The notes below the pieces were generated by a model that saw only the letters and a list, made by a program, of their open reading frames with translations, had not been told where the DNA came from and made no database searches. Below, piece after piece: positions 9,358 to 18,822 of a stretch of 64,000 bases of DNA (its first letter is position 1; each line of letters starts with the position of its first letter). The stretch is taken from the IMG/VR virus record IMGVR_UViG_3300032287_001394. The stretch is one strand, 5' to 3'. The position numbers were made by a program, and so were the translations under genes. The stretch comes from a virus.

Positions 9358-10935
9358 ATGAAGAACTATAGACAACTCATAAAGGGTTTGCCTTCCAAGA
9401 CCGTCATCATGACAGTCGGAAGCTTTAACCCTCCTACCTCGGTCAACGAGATGGCATTCAAACTAGTAGATAAGCTAGTTGAATCCCATAATGCTGACCA
9501 CATAATCTACGTTACAGAAGACAAGGACAACTTACCTATTGATCGTAAGCTGCACTTCCTTGAGCTCATGTTTGGTGCTATGAACTTTAAGCCATTGAAC
9601 GAGTCAAACCTAACTTCTGAACTAATCAGATTAAAGAGTAAGTATAAAGATGTTATCGTAGTATCTTCAGAAGATAAAGCCAAGCTATATGAGTCATTAC
9701 AAGTGGTTACTACAAGCAACGACTTAGACCATTCTAAGATCAAGTCATATGTAACAAAAGGCGACTTTGCCTCATTTAAGAAACAGATGCCTTCTACACT
9801 AAGAGAGCTGGATGCTCGTAGGCTAATGAACGAGATGAGACAAGTTACTGGCCTCGAGTTACTCAAAGAAGAAGTCAAGTTCACAGTCGATGCACTCAGA
9901 GAGAAGTATTTTAAAGGTCAGATCTACCACATAGGTGATATCGTTGAGTCTGCTGGACAACAGTACGAGATCATGGATCGTGGTTCAAACTACCTTGTGG
10001 TAGTTAATAATACTGGTGACCTATCACGCAAATGGATAAAAGACGTAAAGTTAGTAGAAGCATGCTGGTCTGGATATAAACAAGTTGGCACTAAGAAAAA
10101 AGGCAGCAGAACGGTCCCTAACTGTGTACCAGAATCTGTATTAAACCCTGCAGATCCACATAAAGACTATGCTGAGAAGAGCAAGACTCTACAAGACTTG
10201 TCACGTAACAAAGACGTAGATCAAAAATCTGTACAACAAAGACGCTTAGATCTAGACAAAGAATACGGTAAACTTAAAGAAGAAGTATTTAGCTATAAAG
10301 GCTATGTACCTAAGAACCTTAACAGTGAGTTAGTAGAAGCATTCAAGCTTGTCGCTGTAGACTCTAAAGATCCTGTAGCAATGCTTAATGCTATCAAAAC
10401 AACTGATACATACTTACAACTACATGGTAAGATTGGTGACAATCCAGATATCAATCAGCTTAAGACATATAAAGATGCTCACATTAAAGCTACTGAAGCC
10501 TTACAAAAGATTGGTGTATACAATGCTGAAGAAGAGAAGCCAGATACTAAGTTAGCAAGAAACGTATTAACATATCAAGACTTCATGAAAGCTGGCAAAG
10601 AACCTGTGCCTGAAAATACAGAGAAATATGTAGGTGAACCTCATACGACTCCAGGTCATACACTTGCTACACGTCAACATCTACGTAGACAAAAGGTTGC
10701 ATATGTAAATGAAGCTGCATCAGTTACAGATGGAGAAGTAGAAGGACAAGTGGTTACTAAGATTAAACCGTTACCACCTGAACTAACTCCACCGCCTGAT
10801 GAACCAGGTAAACAAAGAGGTAAAGGCAATAGTGCTTTCTTTGAGAAGAAGAATAAGAAAGTAGAGAAAGAAGCTCTAGACTACCTTGACTTAGATTCAT
10901 GGTTAAGACAACAATCACAACAGGCACACGGATAA
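9358..10935 (+). CDS. Degenerate cytidylyltransferase-like domain plus appended small modules
   Basis: GSFNPPTSVN (HxGH motif lost); LREKYFKGQIY segment; ACWSGY...VPNCVPE module. Confidence 0.65.
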   Translation: MKNYRQLIKGLPSKTVIMTVGSFNPPTSVNEMAFKLVDKLVESHNADHIIYVTEDKDNLPIDRKLHFLELMFGAMNFKPLNESNLTSELIRLKSKYKDVIVVSSEDKAKLYESLQVVTTSNDLDHSKIKSYVTKGDFASFKKQMPSTLRELDARRLMNEMRQVTGLELLKEEVKFTVDALREKYFKGQIYHIGDIVESAGQQYEIMDRGSNYLVVVNNTGDLSRKWIKDVKLVEACWSGYKQVGTKKKGSRTVPNCVPESVLNPADPHKDYAEKSKTLQDLSRNKDVDQKSVQQRRLDLDKEYGKLKEEVFSYKGYVPKNLNSELVEAFKLVAVDSKDPVAMLNAIKTTDTYLQLHGKIGDNPDINQLKTYKDAHIKATEALQKIGVYNAEEEKPDTKLARNVLTYQDFMKAGKEPVPENTEKYVGEPHTTPGHTLATRQHLRRQKVAYVNEAASVTDGEVEGQVVTKIKPLPPELTPPPDEPGKQRGKGNSAFFEKKNKKVEKEALDYLDLDSWLRQQSQQAHG

Positions 10936-10937
10936 AT

Positions 10938-11387
10938 ATGGATAAATTAATAGCATCTCTTAAAGTAGCATTAGGTAATACATTTACGATGTATTTCAAA
11001 GCACACTCATATCATTGGAATGTGGAAGGCCTACATTTTTCTATGTTTCATGACTTCTTCGGCGAAATCTATGAAGACGTATATGGTGCAGTAGATCCTC
11101 TTTCAGAAGAACTACGTAAGCTTGATGCATACGCGCCTATTAGTTTGATGGAGATCTATGGTTATAAGACTATCATGGAAGATAGTTCAAAACCAGATAC
11201 AGCTATAGAGATGGTAATGAACTTATTAACAGCTAATACAGAAGTATTAAATTGTCTATCACCATTATTTGATGAAGCGACAACACAAAAACAACAAGGT
11301 CTTGCAAACTTTATTGCAGATCGTATGGATAGACATAAATTTTTCGAATGGCAACTACAAGCAACACTTAAGAACCTCGGAGCGTAA
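10938..11387 (+). CDS. dps: Dps / ferritin-like protein
   Basis: HSYHWNVEG..F...H..F.E.Y ferroxidase signature; start re-set to ATG 10938. Confidence 0.9.
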   Translation: MDKLIASLKVALGNTFTMYFKAHSYHWNVEGLHFSMFHDFFGEIYEDVYGAVDPLSEELRKLDAYAPISLMEIYGYKTIMEDSSKPDTAIEMVMNLLTANTEVLNCLSPLFDEATTQKQQGLANFIADRMDRHKFFEWQLQATLKNLGA

Positions 11388-11389
11388 GA

Positions 11390-14101
11390 ATGAAATCATA
11401 CAAAGACATGGTAAACGAAGTATTAACTAAGATGACTCCATTAGAGACATGGATCGACGACTTCGTACACTCTAAGAATGCTAAGTTTGCTGGTAAGTCT
11501 ACAGCAGAACGTATATCTATGGCTAAGGGTGCATACTATGCTAAACAAAGACGTGAATCAGTAGAAGAAGCTGCAGCAGTATCGCAAAATAGTACAGCTA
11601 TCACTGACATGAACGAAGATCATTTAGTACACGTTAATGACGGTTCTAAATACGATGAACAACCACATGAAAAAGATGTGGAACATGTCAAATCGCACAT
11701 AGCACTTTTTGGTGGTAAGTTTGATAGTCATTCAGACAAAGGCGCATTCTTTAAATTTCCTGACAAAGATAAAGCTGAACGATTTGTCAATCATGCTAAT
11801 AAATGCCCACACAAGACATGCTCTGCAGAACATGTTACAGAAGCTGTAGAGTATAAAGGTATCGGTACAGACGTGGTTGACAAGAAAAAGAAACTAAACC
11901 CACAACCAAATTTTACAACTGATAAAAAACAAGTTAAAGACTTTAAAGAAGAAGTTAAAAAATCTACTGGCGATCTTAAGAAAGCATGCTGGAAAGGTTA
12001 CACTGCAGTTGGTCTTAAGATGAAAGATGGTAGAAAAGTGCCTAACTGTGTGCCTGAAGAAGTACAAGTACAAGTAGAAGCTAAAGTATATGATCCATTT
12101 ACAAAGAAGATGGTTCCTACTAAACCAATCAAAGTTCAAGCTGGTGGCGGCGCAACTAAGAACGGAGTTCCTGTTGAGACAGGTCCATCTAAGTATAAGA
12201 GTAAATTGCCTATGAGCAAAGCTGCAGGGGTATTAGCTGCAGAAGAAGTAGAACTAATCGCTAAGCATGAAGTTAAAGCTAATGCACCTCATAAATCAGG
12301 TGGTCATGTCATCTTAACTAAGTCATCTAATAAATGGCATGTATTACACAATAAGAAGAGCTCACCTGAAGCTAAAGATCTACATCGTTCAAAACTATTA
12401 CACTCATACGCTGATGAAAAAGAAGCAAGAGCTAAGTTTAAAGAATTACATGAAGAACAGATCGATGAGTTATCTAAAGGATTAGTTGCTAGATACGCAA
12501 ATAAAGTAGCAAAAACTACACAAGCTAATTATGATAAATCTAAAGATAAATTTCAATTCTCGTCAGGTAGACAAGATGGAATGAAAAATGCAGTTAAGAG
12601 ATTAACTAAAGAAGAAGTAGATTTGCACACAGATTTGTGGTCTATTAAAAATACAAAAACTGGTCAAGTATATCATAGTTCTGGTAAATATCCGATCACT
12701 AAAAATAGTCCTACATTCAAAAAAATTAAAGCTGCTGGTGGAGATCATGTACACGCTGCATTGTATAAAAACGGTAAATTAGTTGAAGAAACAGAACAGA
12801 TCGATGAAGTCTCTAAGTCAACATTAATGAGATACATCCCTAAAGCATCGAGAGATGTAGGTTCACACACTTATGCAGGTAAAGAAGCCGGTGAATGGGC
12901 AAGCCATTACACAAGAGCCGGTGACTGGTCTGCAGCAGAGAAACACTCTAAGAAATCTTATGCAGACTTTATGAAAGCAAACAAACGTATTGCTGGTATC
13001 GACACAGCTACTAAGAAGCTTGGTACACAAAAAGAAGAAGTAGAGTTAGATGAAGCTAAATACGGTATTGACGTTCATCGCAACAAGTTATCTAAACTAT
13101 TAACTCACGCTGGTAATGCTGGTATTAAAGCTAAAGTTGTTTCTCATAATCCAAATTGGGAAAAACAAAACGCTGGTGGCGAACATACAGTTTCTTTACA
13201 CGGTAAAGATGAACATATTCGTAAATTTATTCAAAAACATCATGACAGTGATCCACAGGGAACTGATGATTATAAAGAATATGGCAAATCACTTAAAGAA
13301 TCAGAACATATAGATGAAGCTATCGCTAAGAAGTTACCAGTACAACATGCAGTTGATGCAGTACATGCTACATTAGGTCCTAAATCAGCTACACGCTTCT
13401 TATCACACTTAAGCCCAGGTTCTGATAAGCATACTACATGGGATAAAGTAAACGATGCATTAGTGAAACAAGGTGTACAGACACATCACATTGCTTCTAT
13501 TGCACAAAAGACATCTCATATGAACGAAGAAGTTGTTGACGAATCAAGAGGTCATAAAGTATTAGCTACATTCTTTAAGAACCGAGAAGTTGCACAAAGA
13601 TCTTATCAAGGTAATCCTGCTAAGGATGCTGAAGTAGCTCAAGGTGGTGGTAGTCCAGCAGATCAAGGTATCGCTGCAGCTAAGAGAGACGCAGAAGAAC
13701 TTAAAAAAAAAGTAAGTGAGGCAAAGGCACCTGCAGTACACGCGGCTGAGCCTAAGAAGACAAAGTCTACGCCTAAGGAATATGCTAGCGCTACTATACC
13801 AGGTACAAAACGTGTAGCACATGCAAAGCCTGATGATAACGAAGTAGGTGGTGGTACTGCTACAAGGATTGCTGAAGATCAATATACGTCAGAGTATAAG
13901 ATCAAGTCTTATGTAGATCCGGTTACTGGTGAGAATAAGACTAGAAAGATTAGACCTCATCGTATTAATTTTAAATCATCTAAGATGAATGCTGCACCAG
14001 CACAAATGACAGAGCCAACAAAAGTTACAGAAGATGATAAAGTATACGATGAAAAATGGAAAAAAGTTAAATTTACAGATTTTATAAAGGGAGCTAAGTA
14101 A
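11390..14101 (+). CDS. Modular K/H/E-rich putative internal-head (poly)protein
   Basis: 903 aa; N-terminus MKSYKDMVNE; repeated EEQIDE/EEVELDE linkers. Confidence 0.6.
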   Translation: MKSYKDMVNEVLTKMTPLETWIDDFVHSKNAKFAGKSTAERISMAKGAYYAKQRRESVEEAAAVSQNSTAITDMNEDHLVHVNDGSKYDEQPHEKDVEHVKSHIALFGGKFDSHSDKGAFFKFPDKDKAERFVNHANKCPHKTCSAEHVTEAVEYKGIGTDVVDKKKKLNPQPNFTTDKKQVKDFKEEVKKSTGDLKKACWKGYTAVGLKMKDGRKVPNCVPEEVQVQVEAKVYDPFTKKMVPTKPIKVQAGGGATKNGVPVETGPSKYKSKLPMSKAAGVLAAEEVELIAKHEVKANAPHKSGGHVILTKSSNKWHVLHNKKSSPEAKDLHRSKLLHSYADEKEARAKFKELHEEQIDELSKGLVARYANKVAKTTQANYDKSKDKFQFSSGRQDGMKNAVKRLTKEEVDLHTDLWSIKNTKTGQVYHSSGKYPITKNSPTFKKIKAAGGDHVHAALYKNGKLVEETEQIDEVSKSTLMRYIPKASRDVGSHTYAGKEAGEWASHYTRAGDWSAAEKHSKKSYADFMKANKRIAGIDTATKKLGTQKEEVELDEAKYGIDVHRNKLSKLLTHAGNAGIKAKVVSHNPNWEKQNAGGEHTVSLHGKDEHIRKFIQKHHDSDPQGTDDYKEYGKSLKESEHIDEAIAKKLPVQHAVDAVHATLGPKSATRFLSHLSPGSDKHTTWDKVNDALVKQGVQTHHIASIAQKTSHMNEEVVDESRGHKVLATFFKNREVAQRSYQGNPAKDAEVAQGGGSPADQGIAAAKRDAEELKKKVSEAKAPAVHAAEPKKTKSTPKEYASATIPGTKRVAHAKPDDNEVGGGTATRIAEDQYTSEYKIKSYVDPVTGENKTRKIRPHRINFKSSKMNAAPAQMTEPTKVTEDDKVYDEKWKKVKFTDFIKGAK

Positions 14102-15882
14102 TGTTAAAGTTTAATGACTACTTAAAAGAGGCTGCATTGTCAGCTAAACAAAAGAAGATCGCAGCGGTCGCTGGCGACAAGGACAAGATTGATGCTGCAG
14201 ACTTAGCTGCTTTAAGAAACGGTAAGAAACCAGTTGAAGAAGCTAGTTGCTCTGGCAATATGAAGAAGGAAGAGCTCGTTGGCAATCAACATAAGCTTGA
14301 CAAGAATAAGAACGGCAAGTTAGATGCTCATGATTTTAAGTTACTTCGTAAAGAAGATAAAGATACCCATAGCCTGGATCATGAAATGGAAAAACATGGG
14401 GATACTTTTGGTCATCATCATGACTCATATGATCATGATAATAGTGATGTTGATAGATATTATGTTAAAAAACAAAAACAACATGTAAATGCTGCAGAAG
14501 AAGCTCTTAAAAAGGGTGATAAAAAAACTATGCATGCACATTTAACACATTTTTACCACCTTGCAGGAGAAGCACATGATTATGCAGGTAGAGATGAAGA
14601 ATCAGCTGAAGCTAGTGATTTAAAACATCATCATAAAAAATTAGCTGGTAAAGTCCATGTTAATGAAGAAGTAGAGTTAGACGAAGGTCGTGTTAAAGAA
14701 CTTGCAATGGATCTTAAAGATATGAGTCATGACGAGTTCCATAAACAATATGGTAAACCTAAGTCTCATTTCGATCCTACTAACTTTAAAAAACCAGTAG
14801 AACCTGGTAAAGGTATGGATCGTGCAAGAGCTTTAGCTCAACGCGGTATGCAATCATTATCTAAAGAAGAAGTAGAACGCATTGAAGAGAAGTTAACACA
14901 AATCGATGAGTTATCTAAGAAGACTTTAGGTTCATATGCTAAGAAAGCAACTAAAGATCTTAAATCACAAAAGACTAATTATGATTACCTACACTCAGAT
15001 GATGATGCAGAACATGAAGATGATGGTTCAGAAACTATGAAAGGCTTTGATGCTAGACGCATCCGTAATAAAGAAAAGGGTATCGATAGAGCTGTTAGTA
15101 AATTAGCTAAAGAAGAGACAGAACAAATCGATGAGTTATCAAAGAAGACTTTAGGTTCATATGTAAATAAAGCAGCTAAAGATTCACGTATCCATGGCCA
15201 AATAGCCACTGATTTTGAAAACACTGCTGATAAAGCTAGAAAGCAATCAAAGAAAGATTCTTTTGAAAGATTAAACAGAAAATATTTAGAAAAATCATGG
15301 AAGCGTGAAGATGGTATTGCTAAAGCTGTAGGTAAATTAACTAAAGAAGAAGTAGAGTTAGAAGAAGCTACTACTCGTAAAGACTTCCAAATGGTTGCTG
15401 ATCTTATCAAAGGTCATGAGTCTGCTGATAAACGTAAAGAGTTAGCTACACATCATGCTGGTATATTTGCTAAACAAAACCCTCGCTTCGATCATGCTAA
15501 GTTCATGAAAGCAGCTGGAGTTAATGAAGAAGTACAACAAGAAGTGTCACCATATCTTAAAGCAACACTTAAAGTTATGGATGAAGGTAAGATCGATAAC
15601 CTTAGAGATGCACAGAAGTTAAGACAAGATACACAATCTGCTTACGATAAGAACTACAAACCAGACACAAGTCATCCGCATATCCAAGTAGTTAAAGGTA
15701 ACGCGTATGGTGGTGCGAACCAAAAAGATGATGAAGGTGATGAGAAGCCTGATGAAACAAAAGAGAAAAAAGGTCGTGGCAGACCTACTGGATCTAAATC
15801 AGGTGCTAGACAAAAAGGTGGTGGACATGAAGACGGCGGTATTCCTGTGCATAACTTAAACTTGCCAAAATCATATAAATAG
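14101..15882 (+). CDS. Modular putative internal-head (poly)protein
   Basis: 593 aa; N-terminus MLKFNDYLKE; QIDELSKKTLGSY twice; EEVELDE/EEVELEE linkers. Confidence 0.6.
   Translation: MLKFNDYLKEAALSAKQKKIAAVAGDKDKIDAADLAALRNGKKPVEEASCSGNMKKEELVGNQHKLDKNKNGKLDAHDFKLLRKEDKDTHSLDHEMEKHGDTFGHHHDSYDHDNSDVDRYYVKKQKQHVNAAEEALKKGDKKTMHAHLTHFYHLAGEAHDYAGRDEESAEASDLKHHHKKLAGKVHVNEEVELDEGRVKELAMDLKDMSHDEFHKQYGKPKSHFDPTNFKKPVEPGKGMDRARALAQRGMQSLSKEEVERIEEKLTQIDELSKKTLGSYAKKATKDLKSQKTNYDYLHSDDDAEHEDDGSETMKGFDARRIRNKEKGIDRAVSKLAKEETEQIDELSKKTLGSYVNKAAKDSRIHGQIATDFENTADKARKQSKKDSFERLNRKYLEKSWKREDGIAKAVGKLTKEEVELEEATTRKDFQMVADLIKGHESADKRKELATHHAGIFAKQNPRFDHAKFMKAAGVNEEVQQEVSPYLKATLKVMDEGKIDNLRDAQKLRQDTQSAYDKNYKPDTSHPHIQVVKGNAYGGANQKDDEGDEKPDETKEKKGRGRPTGSKSGARQKGGGHEDGGIPVHNLNLPKSYK
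15874..15881 (+). promoter_or_regulatory. Late promoter
   Basis: TATAAATA, then AAGGAG RBS and ATG 15905. Confidence 0.8.
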
Positions 15883-15904
15883 ATAAAAATTAAGGAGTAA
15901 TAAA

Positions 15905-16885
15905 ATGGCTTTATGGGGAAAAACAGATACTTTAGCTTCGGCTCCAAAGTATGTAGCAAGAAAGGCGGTATTCGATGCGCAAGCTAAAGTTAGCTCAGCG
16001 AACGATACTATCGACCTAACAGATGCAAATACAAACTTTTCAACTGGTGACGGTGTTGTTTACACTGGTGCTAGTGGTATTGGTTTAACACAAGGTACAG
16101 CATACTATGCGATGAGACAAACAGATAACACTATCAAGCTTGCTACTACAGAAGCTGGTGCTAAAGCTGGTGCTACAGGTATTAACCTAACAGCTGGCGC
16201 TACTGGTGCTATCGGTTACCTACAACGTAATGCTGAAGGTAATGAAGCAACTGGAGCATCAGGTGCTACTGGCTCTTCACTACAATTCTCACCTGCAGGT
16301 GATCATGTATACAATGGTCGTGACTTATACTTCATCGATGCTGATGAAGCACAACAAGCTGAAAACATTGCACGTGGTCTTAACACACCAGGTTGGACAA
16401 ACTATCGTTCATATACTGATGCTAATGGCAACGTTAGAAATAAATCAGAAGTATTAATTGCTATGGGTGCATATACTGGCGCTACTGGTTCTGGTACATT
16501 CCAAGCTCAAACTGGTGATGCTTCAGATGACACAGTATTAGTTGATGGTACAATCACTATCGGTACACAACCTGCAAGTCAATCTAAAGTTGCTGGTTCT
16601 GGCGCTGGTAACAAGGGTGTATTCACTGTTGTTGCTACATTAGCTGGTGCTGGTTCATTGACATATCAATGGCAAGTTCAAGAGTCATCAGAATCTGGTG
16701 CAACATGGACTAACGTATCACGTGGTTCTGGCGGTACAACAGCTACTTACACAACAGGTAATACAGCTGTAACAGCGTCACCAACTGGTGATACTAATGG
16801 AGACAAATATCGTGTTATCGTTTCTTCAACTGGTTCTACAAGCGTAACATCATCAACAGCAGTATTAACAGTAACAGCAAGCTAA
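15905..16885 (+). CDS. Virion structural/decoration protein with C-terminal Ig-like domain
   Basis: MALWG start, TPGW motif, QPASQS...LTYQWQ...YRVIVS...AVLTV Ig-like pattern. Confidence 0.7.
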   Translation: MALWGKTDTLASAPKYVARKAVFDAQAKVSSANDTIDLTDANTNFSTGDGVVYTGASGIGLTQGTAYYAMRQTDNTIKLATTEAGAKAGATGINLTAGATGAIGYLQRNAEGNEATGASGATGSSLQFSPAGDHVYNGRDLYFIDADEAQQAENIARGLNTPGWTNYRSYTDANGNVRNKSEVLIAMGAYTGATGSGTFQAQTGDASDDTVLVDGTITIGTQPASQSKVAGSGAGNKGVFTVVATLAGAGSLTYQWQVQESSESGATWTNVSRGSGGTTATYTTGNTAVTASPTGDTNGDKYRVIVSSTGSTSVTSSTAVLTVTAS

Positions 16886-16892
16886 CTAAGTG

Positions 16893-16916
16893 GGGGAGGT
16901 TAACTCCCCTTCTTTT
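16893..16916 (+). terminator. Rho-independent terminator
   Basis: ggggag-gttaa-ctcccc followed by ttctttt. Confidence 0.75.
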
Positions 16917-16919
16917 AAT

Positions 16920-17297
16920 ATGAATCAAATGTTGACAGAAGATAATTTTTTGACCTATGCGATGCATCATTACGACAATAGCCAATGCTATTCGTTGGAA
17001 GAGTTTAATGATGACTTGAAAAGGTTTCTTTACTTGAAGAAGTTATTCAATAGGTATAAGAGCGAGGCTGACTTAAAACAAAACCTCATCTTAAACCATT
17101 TAATAGTCATATATAATATATTCGGCGAACACGCCACTAATATGTTATTCTTTAAGATAGAAGAAGAGTATTGGGACACACTAATAACTTTCTTAGTATT
17201 CCTTAACAGGATGCCAGAAGAAGTGACTCAATATAATATAAAGTTATCAGAAGTTGAATTAGACAATCATATAATACAAACACTTAGGAAAATATAA
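16920..17297 (+). CDS. Conserved T4-like hypothetical protein
   Basis: EEFNDDLKRFLYLKKLF...LILNHLIVIYNIFG; start re-set to ATG 16920. Confidence 0.75.
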   Translation: MNQMLTEDNFLTYAMHHYDNSQCYSLEEFNDDLKRFLYLKKLFNRYKSEADLKQNLILNHLIVIYNIFGEHATNMLFFKIEEEYWDTLITFLVFLNRMPEEVTQYNIKLSEVELDNHIIQTLRKI

Positions 17298-17842
17298 TGT
17301 CGCAAATAGTAGACAATTTAATAGCTTACAGAGTACTCACTATGTTGGTTAAGCCCTTCAGCGAGACTGATGCCTATAGACTTGGCATCATCGATAATAA
17401 AGGAAAAAATCTCATAAAGCCTTCTTCGCTCTCTACAACAGAGCAGAAGAGTGCATACACGTTCCTACATCGACTAGTCTTTAATATGAAGAAGATAATC
17501 AACAAACTGCCGGGTGGAGAAAGCAAGTTAAAGAGTGTCATATCTGCATACTTCTTGATAAGAGAGTATTACGAAAAGAATGATAGATCAACTTCAATGA
17601 TGGAACAAAAGTTTCATAAACTAATGGAGACTGATGCTATCTTAGCAGAAGAATCTATATTAGTAGAGAAGTTTATTAAGAAGATCGAAGAAGAGGGTGA
17701 AGGCGGAGCTCCAGCAAACGTAACCGGTGCAGGAGTTTCAACAGACATCCCATTACCTAAGAAGAAAGATCTTGATAAGTATAAACAGACGAACCAAGCT
17801 GGTGTAGTGTCGATGGCTCGTCGTAATAATAAGGTGATGTAA
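17297..17842 (+). CDS. Conserved T4-like hypothetical protein
   Basis: PFSETDAYRLGIID...AYTFLHRLVFNMKK. Confidence 0.75.
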   Translation: MSQIVDNLIAYRVLTMLVKPFSETDAYRLGIIDNKGKNLIKPSSLSTTEQKSAYTFLHRLVFNMKKIINKLPGGESKLKSVISAYFLIREYYEKNDRSTSMMEQKFHKLMETDAILAEESILVEKFIKKIEEEGEGGAPANVTGAGVSTDIPLPKKKDLDKYKQTNQAGVVSMARRNNKVM

Positions 17843-17843
17843 T

Positions 17844-18443
17844 ATGTGGTTATTGAATATTATACCCGATAGTATACTGTACGGGTTTATCTTATCTGTA
17901 ATGGGTATTGGTGCAGCGCTATTTGTATTTGGTACATTTACTGTATTCCTTCCATTAGTTAAAACGTATGGATTATTAATGAGGACAGTTGGTATCATCT
18001 TACTCATTGGAAGCGTATATCTATATGGTGGATATGGTACTGAAATGAAGTGGAGAGCTGAAGCTGCCAAACTTAAGGCAGACATGGACCGTAAGGTAGC
18101 ATTGTCAGAAAAGAAGTCAAAACAAATAGTAACTAAGTATGTAGTACAAACAAAAGTAATCAAGGAGAAGGGTGATGCAATTAAGAAGTTATCTCAACAT
18201 GTTAAAGAAGCTGATGCTAAGTGCATTGTGCCTAAGTCTTTTGTCTTGCTCCACGATTCTGCCGCAAAAAATGAAGTTCCCGACACCTCCGCAGGAGTTA
18301 ATGGTTCCGCCTCCAGAACTAATCTCTCTACCATCGGAGAAACAGTAACAATTAACTATAACAACTATCATCAGTTAAGTGAGCAATTAAAAGCGTTACA
18401 AGACTGGGTAAGTTCACAAGAGAAGATCTATAATGGCAAATAG
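17844..18443 (+). CDS. Membrane protein, possible spanin (Rz-like)
   Basis: Two N-terminal TM segments, coiled coil, CIVPKSFVLLHD and QLKALQDWV. Confidence 0.5.
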   Translation: MWLLNIIPDSILYGFILSVMGIGAALFVFGTFTVFLPLVKTYGLLMRTVGIILLIGSVYLYGGYGTEMKWRAEAAKLKADMDRKVALSEKKSKQIVTKYVVQTKVIKEKGDAIKKLSQHVKEADAKCIVPKSFVLLHDSAAKNEVPDTSAGVNGSASRTNLSTIGETVTINYNNYHQLSEQLKALQDWVSSQEKIYNGK

Positions 18444-18822
18444 TAACGAATTAGAACAATTAGAGCGAATAGTTCTTAAGTTAGATGATTCAATTGATAA
18501 GTTAACAGAGGTTTCTGCTAACATCAGTAAATTACTAGCCGTACAGGAACAGCGTATGAATACAATAGAAAAAGATACAGATAGGAATCAAGATGATATC
18601 CGTCATTTGTATAGCAAACTTGATTCAGTATCTAAAGCTTTAACAGATAAGATGGATGAATCAATGAAGAATTCATCTGCTGGTCATGATCGCATTGAGA
18701 AAGCTTTCGAACTTAAAGTAGAAGAAGTTAATAAAAGATTAAATGCATTAGAAGCATGGCGCTGGTTGGTTATTGGAGGCGCGATTGTAATCGGTTGGTT
18801 TGTTAATAGATTCTTTAAATGA
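18433..18822 (+). CDS. Coiled-coil protein with C-terminal TM helix
   Basis: Heptad-rich body, LEAWRWLVIGGAIVIGW tail. Confidence 0.7.
   Translation: MANSNELEQLERIVLKLDDSIDKLTEVSANISKLLAVQEQRMNTIEKDTDRNQDDIRHLYSKLDSVSKALTDKMDESMKNSSAGHDRIEKAFELKVEEVNKRLNALEAWRWLVIGGAIVIGWFVNRFFK

Noticed and set aside
12450-15365. Spaced direct repeats as a CRISPR array
   Set aside because: Repeats are in-frame coding linkers with irregular spacing of hundreds of bases; no cas genes
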